NCBI GenBank assembly: GCA_963662265.2
Contig: CAXXHA010000011.1
Location: 128,001-192,000 of the forward strand
Direction: 5' to 3'
DNA from: Spirochaetia bacterium
Lineage (GTDB): Bacteria > Spirochaetota > Spirochaetia > CADAEX01
DNA length: 64,000 bases
Shown: positions 61,634 through 64,000 of the stretch, one piece after another
How positions within the stretch are numbered: position 1 is the first letter of the stretch
Layout: every line of letters begins with the position of its first letter
Translations under genes and position numbers: made by a program
Notes under the pieces: model-generated
What the model saw: only the letters and a program-made list of their open reading frames with translations
What the model was told of the DNA's origin: nothing
Database searches by the model: none

Positions 61634-62752
61634 TTAATCTGAACTATATCTGACAGCAGAAAGCTCGAAGATCTGGCCCGGCATCCCCCCCCTGATATTG
61701 AAAGTACTTTCAGGAAGATCTCCGTTCATTCTGTGTATGTTTATCTGAAAACCTCCGCCCCCGTCTTCCGATGCTGTAAAGAAAAACTCCCTGTACGGGT
61801 CGATAGCCGCTGCCCCTGGATTTACCCCTGTTGGAATATAGTTTATCGTACTTATTGTTCCGTCGGTGTTTGTCCTCAAGCAGTAAATATTGTTTTCATT
61901 GATGCTTACAAAGTATAGAAAACGTTCTTTCGGGTCTTTCACAAGGGCATTGCTGGTACTTGATCCGGCAGTTGCTCCCACGATCGGGCTCGATATCTGG
62001 GCTGCTGTAGTATTGTGAATATCCAGATTGTAGCTGTACCCGTAGTTTGATCCCCCTGCACCCAGAAGCAGTTTGAAAAGATAGCCGTTTAAGACGGCAG
62101 GGCATTCGCCTGTTCCTGCACCCAGACTGTAGCCGTTTAAATAATTACCTAAAGTCCCGTCTCCTGCAATAGTATAGGAATTCCAGCCAGTCCCGTCATT
62201 TTTCAAGAGATGGGTGTCAAAGATGAGAAATCCTTCTGCAGGTGGAGTATAAGCAGAGAAAGTCCCCTGGGCTGTCGGGGAGAGGGATCCGTCGCTGTTG
62301 TAGTTGAAACCTGAAATAACATGCGGAGTCGAGCCGTCTGATGAAATTGCATATAAAAATCTTTTATCATCAGTGAAAACATAATCATCAACCGGATATG
62401 TTCCAAAGCTGGCTGGGTAACCAGGAAGCATATCAAGCGATCCGTCACCTTTTACATCATATCCGCTTATATAATAGGGATTTGTTCCGTATGAAAAAAA
62501 GAGATTTTTTTTTTCATTTTCATACACAAATTTACAGGCATTGATCTGTGTCGGTATACTGCTGTCTGTTCCTTTATCGGATAATGAACCGGATACTGTA
62601 TCTACCTGAAAAGTAAGAAGTCCTGATGCAGTTGCAGCATAAAGATACAGGGCACCGTCATTATTGTCTCTTATATCCATGAAGTTCCCGATCTTGCATG
62701 AAACGAGAAGTGATGTAAACAGCAGAGCTGTAAATATTTTATTTAGTCGCAT
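61634..62752 (-). CDS. Lipoprotein, lactonase-like beta-propeller
   Basis: Lipobox LVSC; repeated D..RFLY and DGSL/DGTL blade motifs. Confidence 0.72.
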   Translation of the reverse strand: MRLNKIFTALLFTSLLVSCKIGNFMDIRDNNDGALYLYAATASGLLTFQVDTVSGSLSDKGTDSSIPTQINACKFVYENEKKNLFFSYGTNPYYISGYDVKGDGSLDMLPGYPASFGTYPVDDYVFTDDKRFLYAISSDGSTPHVISGFNYNSDGSLSPTAQGTFSAYTPPAEGFLIFDTHLLKNDGTGWNSYTIAGDGTLGNYLNGYSLGAGTGECPAVLNGYLFKLLLGAGGSNYGYSYNLDIHNTTAAQISSPIVGATAGSSTSNALVKDPKERFLYFVSINENNIYCLRTNTDGTISTINYIPTGVNPGAAAIDPYREFFFTASEDGGGGFQINIHRMNGDLPESTFNIRGGMPGQIFELSAVRYSSD

Positions 62753-62875
62753 TATGATCCAATTATAGATTTTTTACAGGAAGTAATTCAATAAATATAC
62801 ATCCATAACAAACAGTATTTTGATGGTTTTACTTAATTATATCAAGTTTTAAGGTTGCTTTTGGTTGAGGATGGG

Positions 62876-63955
62876 TCAGTGTTCATATCTTACAGCAGTC
62901 ATTTCATATATAATTGGTGTCGGCATCTGTGTATAATTGCTGTCAGGAATACTTCCGCTCATGGAATGCTGGTTAAGCTGCCCAGATGTTGATGTATAAA
63001 AATACTGCTTATAGGGATCTATTGCTGCTGCATTTGTAATGGCTGCTGTAGGAACAGTTGTAATATTGTTTATCAAACCGTCATTTATTTCAATACAGTA
63101 AATATCACTGTTTGAATCATGTACAAAATAGAGGTAATTATTTTCCTTGTCCTTTATAAGGTCATTTCTGTTTGCAATTGCTGCCCATGGTGTAGCAGAA
63201 TAATTATCCCTTTGAACAGTACCTGCTCCAAAAGGATCAACATTGTAACTGAAAACATCGGCAGATGCTATTTTAAATAGATAGGGGCGGTTATCTGTTA
63301 TTGCCGGACCGGGAGTTTCTGTGTTTATTGTTGTTGGATTAACAGGATCAAACCCTGCATTATCAGAAAGTGTTCCGTCACCATTTATGGTAAATGTAAT
63401 CCATTGAGCATTCCCATGTATTATCAGATTATTGTTAAAAATATTTAAAGAAATACATGGAGAAGGATAACTTGTTGGATGAGGAGGGGCAAGGTAGCTT
63501 ATTACTCCGCTGCCATCATAGCTGAACCTGTAAATGTTTCCGGCTGACAATACATAGAAATAGTTTCTGCTATTGTTAAATACGAAATTTTCGATAGAAG
63601 CAGCTCCTATACTGTAGCTGTAGGCCCCTCCTGTATCAAGTGATCCATCCTCAAATACTTTGAGCCTTGTTATATAATTGTCAGCACCTGACATATGCGA
63701 TATGAAAAGATCTTTTCTTTCATAATCATAATCTACTTTACATGCTCCATCTGTAAAAGTGAATGATGGATTTGAATGTTTCTGAAATAATGAACCTGAG
63801 CGGGTATCTGTCTGGTACACATTCAGGCCGCTGTCAGTAAGTGTAAAAACAAAGAGAGGATTATCATAATTATTATTACCGATATCCATGAAATTACCGA
63901 TTTTACATGATGAGATAAGAATCAGAAGTAATATTATAGTAATGATATTTTTCAA
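62876..63955 (-). CDS. Lipoprotein, lactonase-like beta-propeller (paralog of 61634-62752)
   Basis: Lipobox ISSC; shares SCKIGNFMDI, LxKD...LYFV....IYC, AAAIDPY and E..AVRY with its neighbour. Confidence 0.72.
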   Translation of the reverse strand: MKNIITIILLLILISSCKIGNFMDIGNNNYDNPLFVFTLTDSGLNVYQTDTRSGSLFQKHSNPSFTFTDGACKVDYDYERKDLFISHMSGADNYITRLKVFEDGSLDTGGAYSYSIGAASIENFVFNNSRNYFYVLSAGNIYRFSYDGSGVISYLAPPHPTSYPSPCISLNIFNNNLIIHGNAQWITFTINGDGTLSDNAGFDPVNPTTINTETPGPAITDNRPYLFKIASADVFSYNVDPFGAGTVQRDNYSATPWAAIANRNDLIKDKENNYLYFVHDSNSDIYCIEINDGLINNITTVPTAAITNAAAIDPYKQYFYTSTSGQLNQHSMSGSIPDSNYTQMPTPIIYEMTAVRYEH

Positions 63956-64000
63956 TTTAATCTTCCTGAATTTAAGTATAGAACTATTAACGGTGTTTTT

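Noticed and set aside
1131-62448. Numerous 60-190 aa ORFs overlapping identified genes
   Set aside because: Antisense or off-frame shadows with no recognisable motifs.
1-64000. tRNA, rRNA, transposase or phage genes
   Set aside because: None recognised in the intergenic regions or ORF track. A covariance-model scan was not possible, so small RNAs could have been missed.

Overview
AT-rich bacterial chromosome segment, very likely from a Spirochaetales member. This rests on gene content (hrpA, pcnB, the prfB/ftsY/lolCDE order, mcsA-mcsB-clpC, MAF pair, spirochaete-type lipoproteins), not on a database search. Most of it is housekeeping: thiI/cysteine desulfurase, hisS, a complete rnfCDGEAB operon, prfB with its programmed +1 frameshift, ftsY, Lol ABC, mcsAB-clpC, rnz and a Gld-like ABC. 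The most interesting part is an accessory block at about 44.7-51.1 kb: a vWA protein, an exported CsgG/FlgO-like+DUF4384-like protein, and two tandem exported caspase(C14)-PEGA-FGE/C-type-lectin proteins. The last ~150 nt of the first caspase gene look like a diversity-generating retroelement (DGR) variable region (Arg codons all CGN, a run of NNY codons before GFRL, GC-rich hairpins after the stop). The paralog lacks these signs and I found no template repeat or RT in the window, so this would be a remote DGR target. Other oddities: an orphan, probably leaderless cas2-like gene directly upstream of prfB; a palindromic 34-bp direct-repeat pair; a likely persulfide-sensing ArsR divergent from desulfurase-thiI; a GH57 pseudo-enzyme; and a giant acidic protein. 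Several genes (rnfC, prfB, cheY, a PEGA gene, the second caspase gene) carry single-base indels that look like long-read assembly errors. No rRNA, tRNA, bona fide CRISPR array, transposase or RT was recognised.
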